From an uncultured Bacteroidales bacterium (GTDB lineage: Bacteria; Bacteroidota; Bacteroidia; Bacteroidales; Bacteroidaceae), in NCBI GenBank assembly GCA_945787885.1, contig CALZJF010000002.1, positions 33,264 through 97,263 on the forward strand: a stretch of DNA of 64,000 nucleotides. The letters run 5' to 3'. Shown here in pieces: positions 41,242-50,803 of the stretch (positions within the stretch are counted from its first letter, which is position 1; every line of letters starts with the position of its first letter). The position numbers and the translations under genes are program-made. A model generated the notes under the pieces. That model was not told the DNA's origin and searched no databases. It saw only the letters and a list, made by a program, of their open reading frames with translations.

Positions 41242-41730
41242 ATGAAACCTTTCACCGAAGACGTTGCCCTGCAATGGGCGATGCGCGAATGCGCCCGCCG
41301 CGAATATTGCCGCCACGACCTTGCCGGAAAAATGCGCGCAAAGGGTCTGGACGAGCAGGGCATCGCGCGCATACTTGACCGCCTCACCTCTGAGCAATTC
41401 CTGGACGAAGCGCGCTATGCGCAGGCGTTCGTTCACGACAAGATGGCGTACAACGGGTGGGGACGCCTGAAGGTGCGCGAGGCCCTGCGCATGAAGCGGC
41501 TGGCAGATGCCGACATTCGCCATGCCCTCGCTGACATCGACGACGATTCATACCGCCGCTCCCTGCGCCGCCTGCTGAAGAGCAAGGCGGCATCTATTGA
41601 TTTCGACCCCACCAATGCGCAGGAAGCCTACAAAGCCACCATGAAGCTCCTCCGCTTTGCAGCATCACGCGGCTTTGAATATGAGGTGGCATCGCGCGCC
41701 ATCGCAGAACTTCAGCAGGAAGATTCCTGA
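41242..41730 (+). CDS. recX: Regulatory protein RecX
   Basis: CARREYC, FLDEARYA.AFV.DK..YNGWGRLK, FAASRGFE. Confidence 0.85.
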   Translation: MKPFTEDVALQWAMRECARREYCRHDLAGKMRAKGLDEQGIARILDRLTSEQFLDEARYAQAFVHDKMAYNGWGRLKVREALRMKRLADADIRHALADIDDDSYRRSLRRLLKSKAASIDFDPTNAQEAYKATMKLLRFAASRGFEYEVASRAIAELQQEDS

Positions 41731-41782
41731 TTCTCCGCTTCCTCCTTCCTTGAAAAAACTTTCTCCCTCCCTCTCCCTTACC

Positions 41783-42517
41783 ATGTCTCCCACGCTCCGA
41801 TTTCTACCGCTTCTCCTCATCGTCCTCTTCTGTCATGCGGCTCCGCCTGCCACGGCGCAAACCGTCATCGACCTCCACACGGGGCAAATCTCGGGGAAGA
41901 AGACGACGGACTACGATGTGCAGGCGCGCGAAAAGTGGCAACTTGAGCAAGACTCCCTGGCTTACATCGACTGCCTGACGCGGGCTTTCAATTTTCTCCA
42001 CACGGACTCCCTCGCGCAGGCGCAGGCGCAGTTCGAGCGCGCCCTCTCGCTCCGCCCGAAAGCTCCCGGCAACCGGGTGGTTCACCACTACTTGGCGCGC
42101 ATCTTCATGGCTCGCTCGCAGTGGAAGGATGCCCTTGCGCGCCTCTCGCGTCTTCTCGAACAGGAGCCTGCGAATGCCGATGTGCGCGCTGACCGCGCTT
42201 CCTGCTATCTGCAGCTCAGTCGGTTTGCCGACGCCGTCGCCGATCTCTCCTATCTCCTGTTGCAGCATCCCGACGACCCTCATTTCCTCTTGCTCCGCGC
42301 CACGGCTCACAGCGGTGCCCATCAGCCCTACGATGCGCTCGACGATTTAGACACCATCGTCCGCCTCTCCCCTGAAAATGCCGAAGCCTATCTGCTCCGC
42401 GCTGAAATCTATCTGGATTTGGGCCAGCGGGGCTATGCGCGCCGCGATGCGGAAAAGGCGTTGCAGCTCGGCATACAGGAGGCGGACATCGAGCCTCTGC
42501 TGAAACGCCTGAACTGA
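41783..42517 (+). CDS. Secreted tetratricopeptide-repeat protein
   Basis: Signal peptide; TPR-like helices (A..L.P, AEAYLLRAEIY). Confidence 0.8.
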   Translation: MSPTLRFLPLLLIVLFCHAAPPATAQTVIDLHTGQISGKKTTDYDVQAREKWQLEQDSLAYIDCLTRAFNFLHTDSLAQAQAQFERALSLRPKAPGNRVVHHYLARIFMARSQWKDALARLSRLLEQEPANADVRADRASCYLQLSRFADAVADLSYLLLQHPDDPHFLLLRATAHSGAHQPYDALDDLDTIVRLSPENAEAYLLRAEIYLDLGQRGYARRDAEKALQLGIQEADIEPLLKRLN

Positions 42518-42561
42518 CCGCCTCTCTCTCATTCTTCCCCCCTGCTAATCCTACTTTCCCC

Positions 42562-43998
42562 TTGAAATTCCTTTCCCTCCTCTTCTTTCTCATCGCTCTC
42601 CCCGCATCAGCCCAGCTGTGGCCGGAGCCATTCGCCATTGCCCCCTACTCTCGCGAGGTGCGGGCCGTATGGTACTGCACGCTCGGCGGCATCGACTGGC
42701 CGGGGCGGCAGTATGCCCAGACCGCTGCGAAGGCAGAGCGGCAGAAGCAGATGCTCTGCGAAGACTTCGACCGCCTGCAGCAGGCCGGCATCAATGTCAT
42801 TCTCTTTCAGGCCCGCGTGCGTGGCACGGTCACGTATGCCTCTGACTATGAGCCCTGGGATGGGGCTATTTCCGGCACTCCGGGCATGGCTCCGCCCTAC
42901 GATCCCTTGGAGTTTGCCGTCAGCGAGGCACACCGTCGGGGCATGGAGCTCCATGCCTACGTCGTCACCTTCCCCATCTGCAGCACCGCGCAGGCTAAGG
43001 CGCTGGGGCGTCAGGCAGTCAGCGCGCGCTATCCCGGGCTGGTGCAACGCTGTGGCGACCGCTGGTTCATGGATCCCGGTATGCCGGGGACGGCGCCCTA
43101 TCTGGCAGCCATCTGCAAGGAGATAGTCGAACGCTATGATGTCGATGGCATTCATCTCGACTATATCCGCTATCCTGAGCGCGAAATGGCGTTCAACGAC
43201 AACATTGCCTATAAGAAATGGGGCAACGGCGCGCCGAAGGAGCAGTGGAAGCGCGAGCAAGTGACGCGCACGGTGCGTGCCATCCACGATGCCGTGCGCA
43301 GCGTGCGGCCGTGGGTGAAGCTCAGCTGCTCGCCCGTAGGCAAGTATGCCGATTTGCCGCGGGCTTGGAGCCGCGGGTGGAATGCGCGCGATGCCGTCGC
43401 GCAGGAAGCGCAGGAATGGCTCAGGGAGGGCATCATGGACTGGCTGTTTCCCATGATGTATTTCGATGGCGATAATTTCTATCCCTTTGCCGCCAACTGG
43501 CAGCAAGAGTGCCACGGGCATCCCGTCGTCCCCGGTCTGGGCATCTATCTCCTTGCGCCCGACCAGAAGGACTGGACGCTGGAGAGCATCATGCGGCAGA
43601 TGAACTTCCTGCGTCAGATAGGCATTGGCGGACAGGCTTTCTTCCGCACGAAATTCCTGTTGGACAACCATAAGGGCATCCTCGATTTCTGCCATGAGTT
43701 CTACGCGCAGCCCGCCCTCACCCCTCCGATGACTTGGCTCGACAATACGCCGCCCGAATCGCCACGCGTGAGGCTGGAGCGCCGCGATGGCTATCGGCTG
43801 CTCATCAGTTGGGACGAGGTGAAGGACGACACTCCCATCCTCTACAACGTCTATCGCGAAGACCCCTCGGGCTATGTCGAAATGCTCGCCCACCATCTCA
43901 GTCAGCCCTATTTCCTCTATATTCCTGCCCTCCCCTCCCGCCTTCACGATAAAATCGTGGTCCGCGCCATGGATGCCTATGGCAACGAGAGCGAATAA
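42562..43998 (+). CDS. Glycosyl hydrolase-like 10 (YddW/DigH-like) protein; TTG start
   Basis: EVRAVW, DW, FQARVRG, YDPLEFAV.EAH.RGMELHAY, YDVDGIHLDYIRYP, FPMMY. Confidence 0.85.
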   Translation: MKFLSLLFFLIALPASAQLWPEPFAIAPYSREVRAVWYCTLGGIDWPGRQYAQTAAKAERQKQMLCEDFDRLQQAGINVILFQARVRGTVTYASDYEPWDGAISGTPGMAPPYDPLEFAVSEAHRRGMELHAYVVTFPICSTAQAKALGRQAVSARYPGLVQRCGDRWFMDPGMPGTAPYLAAICKEIVERYDVDGIHLDYIRYPEREMAFNDNIAYKKWGNGAPKEQWKREQVTRTVRAIHDAVRSVRPWVKLSCSPVGKYADLPRAWSRGWNARDAVAQEAQEWLREGIMDWLFPMMYFDGDNFYPFAANWQQECHGHPVVPGLGIYLLAPDQKDWTLESIMRQMNFLRQIGIGGQAFFRTKFLLDNHKGILDFCHEFYAQPALTPPMTWLDNTPPESPRVRLERRDGYRLLISWDEVKDDTPILYNVYREDPSGYVEMLAHHLSQPYFLYIPALPSRLHDKIVVRAMDAYGNESE

Positions 43999-44140
43999 GC
44001 GGGCAATCCGTTTTTTTTTACTTACCACAAGCATAGGACTATTTGCCAAGGCTTGCGTTGCCTCCCTACAGCGCAAGCCCAAGGAGTCATTCTGATTGCC
44101 TTGCCCCTTATTCCTTGACCCCTAATCCCTGTTCCCTGCC

Positions 44141-44932
44141 GTGCGTTCCCTCCTCATTCTCCTCTTTTGCTGCATTCCCTGCCTCGGTTTCCCCTTGCAG
44201 GCTTCTGCCCAAATGCGCCATGTAGGCCGCACCTGGCTCTTCGGCGTGGGCAAAAGCGCGCTCTATGACAGCTATCTCTCTCCCTTAGACTACCGTGGGC
44301 CTTCGCTGAGCATCAGCATGACGAACGAGCGGACGGCACGCTGGGGCAAAGGCAGGGTGGACTCCTATGCCCGATGGGCCATCGTGGGGACGATGGCGGA
44401 GAATGCCGTGGGGAATGCTGATTTCTACGATGGAACCGTGGATTTTTCGCTCGGATGGCACTACCGCTGGAGCTTCCCGCGCCACTGGACACTGCGCGCT
44501 GGCGCGCTGGCAGAGCTCTCCTTCGGCGGCACGTATTCTTCCCGCAATGGCAACAACCCCGCGCAGGGGCGGGCGGCACTCGATGTGGCGGCGTCCGTCA
44601 TGGCCGACTATGATTTCCGCCTTCTCTCCCGCCTCTTCTCGCTGCGCCTGCAGGCAGATGCTCCCGTGGTGGGCATGATGTTTTCGCCACAATACGGGCA
44701 GTCGTACTACGAGATTTTCTCGCTCCACCACTACGACCGCAATCTCCGCCCCACTTATCCCGGCAATGTCCCCTCGCTGCGCTTCGCCGCCCTCCTCGCC
44801 TTCCCCATTCGTCAGGCGCGCCTCGTGGCGGGCTATCAGGCCGACATCCGCCAGAGCGACGTGAATCAGCTCCGCCGCCATGCCTGGCAGCACGCTTTCA
44901 TCGTCGGTTTCCGGCGCCAACTTCACTTCTGA
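44141..44932 (+). CDS. DUF3316-like outer-membrane beta-barrel protein; GTG start
   Basis: YDSYLSPLDYRG, SRNGNNPAQ, FSPQYGQSYYEIF; C-terminal Phe. Confidence 0.7.
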   Translation: MRSLLILLFCCIPCLGFPLQASAQMRHVGRTWLFGVGKSALYDSYLSPLDYRGPSLSISMTNERTARWGKGRVDSYARWAIVGTMAENAVGNADFYDGTVDFSLGWHYRWSFPRHWTLRAGALAELSFGGTYSSRNGNNPAQGRAALDVAASVMADYDFRLLSRLFSLRLQADAPVVGMMFSPQYGQSYYEIFSLHHYDRNLRPTYPGNVPSLRFAALLAFPIRQARLVAGYQADIRQSDVNQLRRHAWQHAFIVGFRRQLHF

Positions 44933-44969
44933 TTCTTTCCCTTCCCTATATTCCTCCCCCCTCCTCCCC

Positions 44970-45992
44970 ATGCGCCACGCCATTCTCCCTGTTTTCCTCC
45001 TCGTCCTCGCCCTGCTGCCCGCGGGGTGCATCAGCAGCGAGGGCTTCGACGATACGCGCCGCGACAATTTCGAAGCTCTCTGGAGCATCATCGACCGCCA
45101 CTATTGCTTCTTCGACTATAAACGCACTGCCTACGGGCTCGACTGGGACGAGGTCTATCAGCGCTACAGCCCGCAGGTCAGCGAAAAGATGAGCGACGAT
45201 GCCCTCTTCCAGGTGCTGACGAACATGACGTTTGAGCTCCGCGATGGCCACGTCAATCTCGCCTCTCCCTCCAACACGGCTTACTTCACTGATTGGTATG
45301 AGGCCTACCCTGAGAATTTCAGCGACTCCATCCTGCGCCGCTATCTCGGTGCTGCCGACGAGGTTCGCGTCACGGCAGGTCTGCGCTACCGCGTCCTGCG
45401 CGACAACATCGGCTATCTGCGCTGCGCATCGTTTCAGAATGGCATCGGCGATGGCAACCTGCACGAGGTGATGATGTATCTTGCCTCCTGCGACGGCCTC
45501 ATCATAGATGTCCGCAACAATGGCGGCGGACTCATCACGTCTGCTCAGGCGCTGGCGGGAGCTTTCTTCAACGAGCCGCTGACCGTGGGCTATATGCAAC
45601 ACAAGACGGGCCCCGGCCACGCCGACTTCTCTGCCCCGCAGCCCATCCGCATTGAGCCCGCCGCGGGAATGCGGTGGCAGAAACCCGTAGTCGTGCTGGC
45701 AAACCGCCGCACCTTCAGTGCTGCCAATGCCTTCGTCATGTTTCTCCGTGCGTCAGGCAACGTCACCGTCATCGGCGACCGCACGGGTGGCGGCAGCGGA
45801 ATGCCCTTCAGCAGCGAACTTCCACGCGGATGGTCAGTGCGCTTCTCTGCCTGCCCGATGACGGACACTGAGGGCAACCACACGGAATTTGGCATCGACC
45901 CCGACATCCATGTCGATATCACCTCCGACGACTATCAGCGCAGCATCGACACTATCCTCGAAACCGCACTCTCACATCTTCTCCACAAATAA
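44970..45992 (+). CDS. S41 family peptidase lipoprotein
   Basis: Lipobox LPAG-C; LRDGHVNL, IIDVRNNGGG, FSAAN (catalytic Ser), GDRTGGG, GIDPD. Confidence 0.9.
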   Translation: MRHAILPVFLLVLALLPAGCISSEGFDDTRRDNFEALWSIIDRHYCFFDYKRTAYGLDWDEVYQRYSPQVSEKMSDDALFQVLTNMTFELRDGHVNLASPSNTAYFTDWYEAYPENFSDSILRRYLGAADEVRVTAGLRYRVLRDNIGYLRCASFQNGIGDGNLHEVMMYLASCDGLIIDVRNNGGGLITSAQALAGAFFNEPLTVGYMQHKTGPGHADFSAPQPIRIEPAAGMRWQKPVVVLANRRTFSAANAFVMFLRASGNVTVIGDRTGGGSGMPFSSELPRGWSVRFSACPMTDTEGNHTEFGIDPDIHVDITSDDYQRSIDTILETALSHLLHK

Positions 45993-46075
45993 ACAGGCCA
46001 TTTTTCCAAGTTCGTCCTGAATAGAACGACCTATCACCCGCAAAAACATCATTTGAACACGCAAAAATTTATTTT

Positions 46076-46610
46076 GAACACGAATTGCACGAATTACACG
46101 AATAATTTGCATCGGCATCCATACACATTCGGGAAATTCGTGTTATTCGTGTTCAATTTTTATCACGCAAAATATTGGGGGTGAACACGAATTACACGGA
46201 TTACACGAATATTTTGCATCGGCATCCATACACATTCGGGAAATTCGTGTTATTCGTGTTCAATTTTTATCACGCAAAATATTGGGGGTGAACACGAATT
46301 GCACGGATTACACGAATATTTTGCATCGGCATTCATACACATTCGGGCAATTCGTGTTATTCGTGTTCAATTTTTATCACGCGAAATATTGGGGGTAAAC
46401 ACGAATTGCACGAATTACACGAATATCGCGCGGCGGCATCCATACACATTCGGGAAATTCGTGTTATTCGTGTTCAATTTTTATCACGCAAAATATTCGG
46501 GTTGAACACGAATTGCACGAATCACACGAATGTGGCGCGGCGGCATCCATACACATTCGGGAAATTCGTGTTATTCGTGTTCAACATTTATCATGCGGAA
46601 ATTGGGGGTT
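46076..46610. repeat. Tandem array of 5 slightly divergent 107-bp units with the same REP-like arms
   Basis: Unit starts at 46076, 46183, 46290, 46397 and 46504. Arms GAACACGAATTRCACGRATTACACGAAT and ATTCGGGAAATTCGTGTTATTCGTGTTC. Confidence 0.95.
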
Positions 46611-46647
46611 GATTATGCGTACGAAATGCGGGGAATGACGTTGCTAT

Positions 46648-46765
46648 GCGGCAATGATTATTTTCAGGGGCGATTGTGGTCATTTTGACCCCAAAAAATG
46701 ATGATTTCGGACATGAAAATGATGATTTCGGGCACGGAAATGATGACTTCTTGGTCGGAAACAAT
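46648..46765. repeat. 21-22-bp periodic array
   Basis: GGTCATTTTGACCCCAAAAAAT / GATGATTTCGGACATGAAAAT / GATGATTTCGGGCACGGAAAT. The GCGGCAATGA head is shared with 8874. Confidence 0.7.
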
Positions 46766-46942
46766 GAGCGGAAATTCCATTTCGCCGTCGATAACAATTG
46801 ACTGACGGGGCAAAAACGGCGGGACGAGGGGGGAGGGGAAACGCTGCGGACTGACGCTTGACCAACTCCGACTGCAACCATATACCAACCATCTATCAAA
46901 TCCTACCATACTGACTATCAAATCATTCTTATTGCCAGCTTA

Positions 46943-46992
46943 CAACGCGCAAGCCCCCTGATTGGCGCTTCAATCAGGGGGCTTGCGCGTTG
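46943..46992. terminator. 22-bp perfect hairpin terminating the pilin locus
   Basis: CAACGCGCAAGCCCCCTGATTG-GCGCTT-CAATCAGGGGGCTTGCGCGTTG, 19 bp after the last pilin stop. Confidence 0.75.
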
Positions 46993-47011
46993 CGGCTGAC
47001 AGGGGGCAGAG

Positions 47012-49462
47012 CTATTTGATGCGAGGATAAGTGCCAGGCACATAGGTGTAGCGGTAGGCACTGCCGTGATTCTTCAACCACTCACGGTTAGCCGCGTTGG
47101 CAAAATAATTGGAGAACTCACCGTTATTGAGCTTTTCCATAAACAGATCGAGACCTTTGTTCAAACTCCAATGGTGCTCGAAAAATTCAATGTCAATCTG
47201 ATTGGAGACGATGAGCTCTTCGACAGAATTGACAAAGTCTTCCGACTGCATCTGAGACGTCAGGAGCGGGAAGCAGAGGCGGCCGGGAGCGAATGTGGGG
47301 TAGTCGGTCTTGGTAGGGTCGATATCTGAATTGAAATAGCAGCAGTAGGCGTAGCTGTTCACTGCATCGTATGCGCCGACGCCAGCATACGTGTGATAAT
47401 TGTCCTCTACGCTCTTATCCAGATTCTTCTCCGTGCCGCTGTGATAGCAGGAGACGAGCAGACCCTTGTTGTAACCGACGAGTCCGCCTATCGTACCGTT
47501 GCCCGTTGCCCATGCCTCTACTGCCCCGACGTGGGCGCAACCTATCATGCAGCTATTTTCTTCGATGGTGCCAATAAGGCTTCCGGAGTAAATCTCCTTG
47601 TTGGCAGGCTCCGTCTGCCGAATCTTTCCATCAGCATAGACGGCGCAGACGAGGCCTTCACAGTGGTTGGCCACGATGCCGCAGCCATCGACCTTCACAA
47701 CTTCAGAGAACTCAAGGTATTCCACCACGGAATTGGGACCGAGATGGAAGAAGAAGGGCTTACCCTTGAGGTTGCGGATGCTGCTGCCATTGCCTTGGAA
47801 GAAGCCGTTGAACCTACTTTCTTCATTAGCCTCATCGCAGTGAAGCCCAATGCCACACCAGTCGATGCACACGCTATCGGGCAGGAAGAGTTCGGGCTGG
47901 AGGACGATGTTGGCATCGAGCTTCACGTAGTAGCCCGTGAAGTCGAAGTAGGGCGCGTCGGCAGTGAGGGAGACGGACGTGCCGGAGAGATTCTTGTAAG
48001 TGACTGGCGTGCGGTTCGTTCCCTTTACCTCGTGGGCAAAGGAGACGAGCTCCTGCGCCGTGGAAATCAGGAAGGGGTGTGCCTGCGAACCATCGTTGCC
48101 GTAGATATCAGAGAGCTTCTGGGTGGTGGGATTGACATAGAGCCACGTGGCATCGTCCTCGGTGGCACGAGCGTCGCCGAAGATGGTGAAGTTGCTCCGT
48201 TGGAGCATTTCAGGCGTGAGCATGTTTTGCTTCTTATGAAGCTGACCATTGTCGGGCGTCTCAACAAACTGCCAGTCCATATACTCGGCGCCGACGGTCA
48301 TTTCCTCGTTCCGGTGGTTGAGGTTGATATGGATGGTGGTGCAGTATCCGCCTCGAAACTCTACTTCAGTGGGCATCTTGGCGGTATAGCGATGGGACTT
48401 CATGTTCGGCTGGAGCTTGGTGGAGGGGTCTTTCCATGGCTCCATCGGGTCTTGATAGCTGACGGTGAACTTCATGGTGAAATCCGAGCGCGTGGCAGGA
48501 ACTGCGAGGGCGTAGAAGACGAACTGCTTTCCGACTCCCGTTCCAGTTCCTTCCGGACGCGGAATCCATGCCTTCGTGTCCTTCTTCTGGTCATACTGGG
48601 GCGCAGCCTCAGGATAAAGGACGGCGAGCGCAGCCTGATCGTCGGCAGTCAGAGCCTGCGCGGCAGCAGAGCCTTGTCGCCATTTGTAGAGCGTAGGCAT
48701 ATCGGTATAAACCATATCGCTCACCCTCGACAAGACATCGGCGCTCTCATTGCTGGCAGAGAAGCCGGAGATGTTGACGATGACGCGCACGTTTGCCAAG
48801 GCGTGCTTGAAATAGAGCTTCGCTACGGAACCTCCCGGCTCGGCAAGTTTCTGCGTGTCGTAGGTGAGGAGGAGGTCGTCGCGCACGATCTTCGTGCTAT
48901 CGGTGTGGTCTATCGTATCATCGAGAATGAAAGGATTGCCGAGGGAACCGAAATACGTGTCGATGCCTATCTCCGTGCCTTCGGCATCCGTCGTGTAGCA
49001 AAGGGTGTGGCCCCAATCGAACGTCACCGCCTCTGCCTGCTGGGGGAGGCTGTAGCCGATGAAGGTGTGGGGATTGTGGGCATCGCTCCAGTAGATGCGG
49101 TCGGGCGTACGGGGCGGATTGGTATTGGTCTGGCCCTTCGTGTCATCGCGCGTCCATCCGCCGGAGGTCTGTCCCTCGCCCACGGCATGGGTATAGACGA
49201 TGCCGCGATAGGAGAATCCGTCGATGGGCTGACTCGTGCGTTGTATCTGCGTCAGCGTCAGCGCATCTTTGTCAATGAAACGGCTGCGGCCCACATAGAA
49301 ATCCTTGTCTAAGGCTGGGGCGCGCGAAGCCTTCTCCCCATCCACGCAGACTTCGATGCCGGAGAGGGGCACGGCGTCTTCGCCCGTGGGGAGATGCATC
49401 TGCTCTTCGGAGCAGCTCCAGAGGAGGAGGGAGAGCAGGAAGAGGGAAAAAAATTTTGCCAA
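47012..49462 (-). CDS. Type V pilin (Mfa-like) lipoprotein with C-terminal GLUG-like adhesin domain; TTG start
   Basis: Lipobox LWS-C, SRA site, LYFKHALANVRV, internal EYMDW, GSQAHPFLISTAQEL, FNGFFQGNG. Confidence 0.75.
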   Translation of the reverse strand: MAKFFSLFLLSLLLWSCSEEQMHLPTGEDAVPLSGIEVCVDGEKASRAPALDKDFYVGRSRFIDKDALTLTQIQRTSQPIDGFSYRGIVYTHAVGEGQTSGGWTRDDTKGQTNTNPPRTPDRIYWSDAHNPHTFIGYSLPQQAEAVTFDWGHTLCYTTDAEGTEIGIDTYFGSLGNPFILDDTIDHTDSTKIVRDDLLLTYDTQKLAEPGGSVAKLYFKHALANVRVIVNISGFSASNESADVLSRVSDMVYTDMPTLYKWRQGSAAAQALTADDQAALAVLYPEAAPQYDQKKDTKAWIPRPEGTGTGVGKQFVFYALAVPATRSDFTMKFTVSYQDPMEPWKDPSTKLQPNMKSHRYTAKMPTEVEFRGGYCTTIHINLNHRNEEMTVGAEYMDWQFVETPDNGQLHKKQNMLTPEMLQRSNFTIFGDARATEDDATWLYVNPTTQKLSDIYGNDGSQAHPFLISTAQELVSFAHEVKGTNRTPVTYKNLSGTSVSLTADAPYFDFTGYYVKLDANIVLQPELFLPDSVCIDWCGIGLHCDEANEESRFNGFFQGNGSSIRNLKGKPFFFHLGPNSVVEYLEFSEVVKVDGCGIVANHCEGLVCAVYADGKIRQTEPANKEIYSGSLIGTIEENSCMIGCAHVGAVEAWATGNGTIGGLVGYNKGLLVSCYHSGTEKNLDKSVEDNYHTYAGVGAYDAVNSYAYCCYFNSDIDPTKTDYPTFAPGRLCFPLLTSQMQSEDFVNSVEELIVSNQIDIEFFEHHWSLNKGLDLFMEKLNNGEFSNYFANAANREWLKNHGSAYRYTYVPGTYPRIK

Positions 49463-49481
49463 GGGGGAAAAGATGATTTTA

Positions 49482-49670
49482 GGTAGGTTCTATAAATTAG
49501 TTTTCAATGTAAGGCAGTGTTTCTGTCTTGCTTGGATGTCTTCACGCCTCTCGCACCGTATCTTTTTGTCTTTCATTCAGTCACGTAGCCCGCTACGCTC
49601 CCTCGTGAAAAACAAAAACCTACGGCACGATAGTCGCAAATACATCGCAAGCTAATTGATAGAACCTACC
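49482..49670. mobile_element. MITE copy 6, long form (189 bp), TSD TTTA
   Basis: Same TIRs; TTTA at 49478-49481 and 49671-49674; ~110-bp core absent from the short copies. Confidence 0.88.
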
Positions 49671-49698
49671 TTTAGATAGGAGGGGAGATAACGGTGTG

Positions 49699-50787
49699 CT
49701 ATGGGTTTGGCTCGGCGGGGGCGGGCTCGGCGGGCTTCAGCATGACGGAATAGGCACAGCCTTCAGCAAACTCCTGCTGCGCGAAGGCGATGCGATAGCG
49801 CCGCTCACCATCGCGCAGCCAAAACACGGGGGCTGCGGGGAGGACGCAGGGAGGAACGTAGAGCAGAAACTCATTTGCCTCGGGCGAAGGGCGGTGGCAG
49901 GTGTAAGTGGCAGTGTTGGGAATGGGGCCCCATATCCTCGCGTACTGCGTTTCGCCCAAATCAGTAGGGCCGCCCGAGAGCGTGGCGATGCTGGAACGCC
50001 CCTTGCCCTGACCATAAACGGCAGCGTCGCCTTCGGCAATGACCTCCACGCCCAGTACTTTGCCATTGAGGGCATAGCCGCAGGAGGCCTTTTCGCGGTA
50101 GGAGAACTTCTGGCTTTCATAGCCCATGGGGGCATAATAGTCGCCGACGACTATTTCTGCGCCATCAATGTCAGGCATTCCTTCGAGCGTGAGGACGGCG
50201 GCGGAGGTAAGAGGAGCGGAGAGCTGGGAAGCATCGACGGTGACACGGAGCTTCGCCACCTTATGCCGGAAGTTGAGATGCACCTCCTGCGCGCCCGTCT
50301 GCCGAACGCCCTGCGCCCAGAGGACATCGCTCTTCTTGAAATTCTCCGCCGTGCTCTGGTCGGCACAGAAGAAATTGCTGGGGCGGCTATAGCGATAGTT
50401 GTCAAAGACGAAGATGCGGGTGCCGGTGGTGTTCTGCGCCGTATAGATATATGTGGTGGCCTGCGACTGCACGCCGAGGGAGGCGACGAACGGACTGGCA
50501 TCCGTGATGGTCAGCTCATGGAAGGCAGAACTCCACGACTCGCCCAACTGGTGGTCGGAGGTATAAGGGCAGATGATTTTCATGCGGAACTTGTCGCCCG
50601 CCTCCCATTGGTCGCCCGCGACGCTGGTGCGGAGGGGGAGTTCGCCATCGAAGGGCGACATGGAAATGTGCAGCCGCACATCAGTCTCTCCGCCTGAAAG
50701 GTCAGGCAGCGCATCGTCCTGCGAGCAGGCTGCAAAGAGGCTGAGGGCAAGGACGAGGAGGATGGAGAAAAACGGCTTGTCGGACAT
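49699..50787 (-). CDS. Type V pilin (Mfa-like) lipoprotein lacking an obvious C-terminal donor strand
   Basis: Lipobox LFAA-C, PLRT, SDVLWA, LNFRHKVAKLRVTV; ends YSVMLKPAEPAPAEPNP. Confidence 0.7.
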   Translation of the reverse strand: MSDKPFFSILLVLALSLFAACSQDDALPDLSGGETDVRLHISMSPFDGELPLRTSVAGDQWEAGDKFRMKIICPYTSDHQLGESWSSAFHELTITDASPFVASLGVQSQATTYIYTAQNTTGTRIFVFDNYRYSRPSNFFCADQSTAENFKKSDVLWAQGVRQTGAQEVHLNFRHKVAKLRVTVDASQLSAPLTSAAVLTLEGMPDIDGAEIVVGDYYAPMGYESQKFSYREKASCGYALNGKVLGVEVIAEGDAAVYGQGKGRSSIATLSGGPTDLGETQYARIWGPIPNTATYTCHRPSPEANEFLLYVPPCVLPAAPVFWLRDGERRYRIAFAQQEFAEGCAYSVMLKPAEPAPAEPNP

Positions 50788-50803
50788 AGAAGGATGAAGG
50801 AGG

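Noticed and set aside
46299-46921. Short ORFs in the repeat region (NTNCTNYTN / IRVIRV peptides)
   Set aside because: They are translations of the repeat units.
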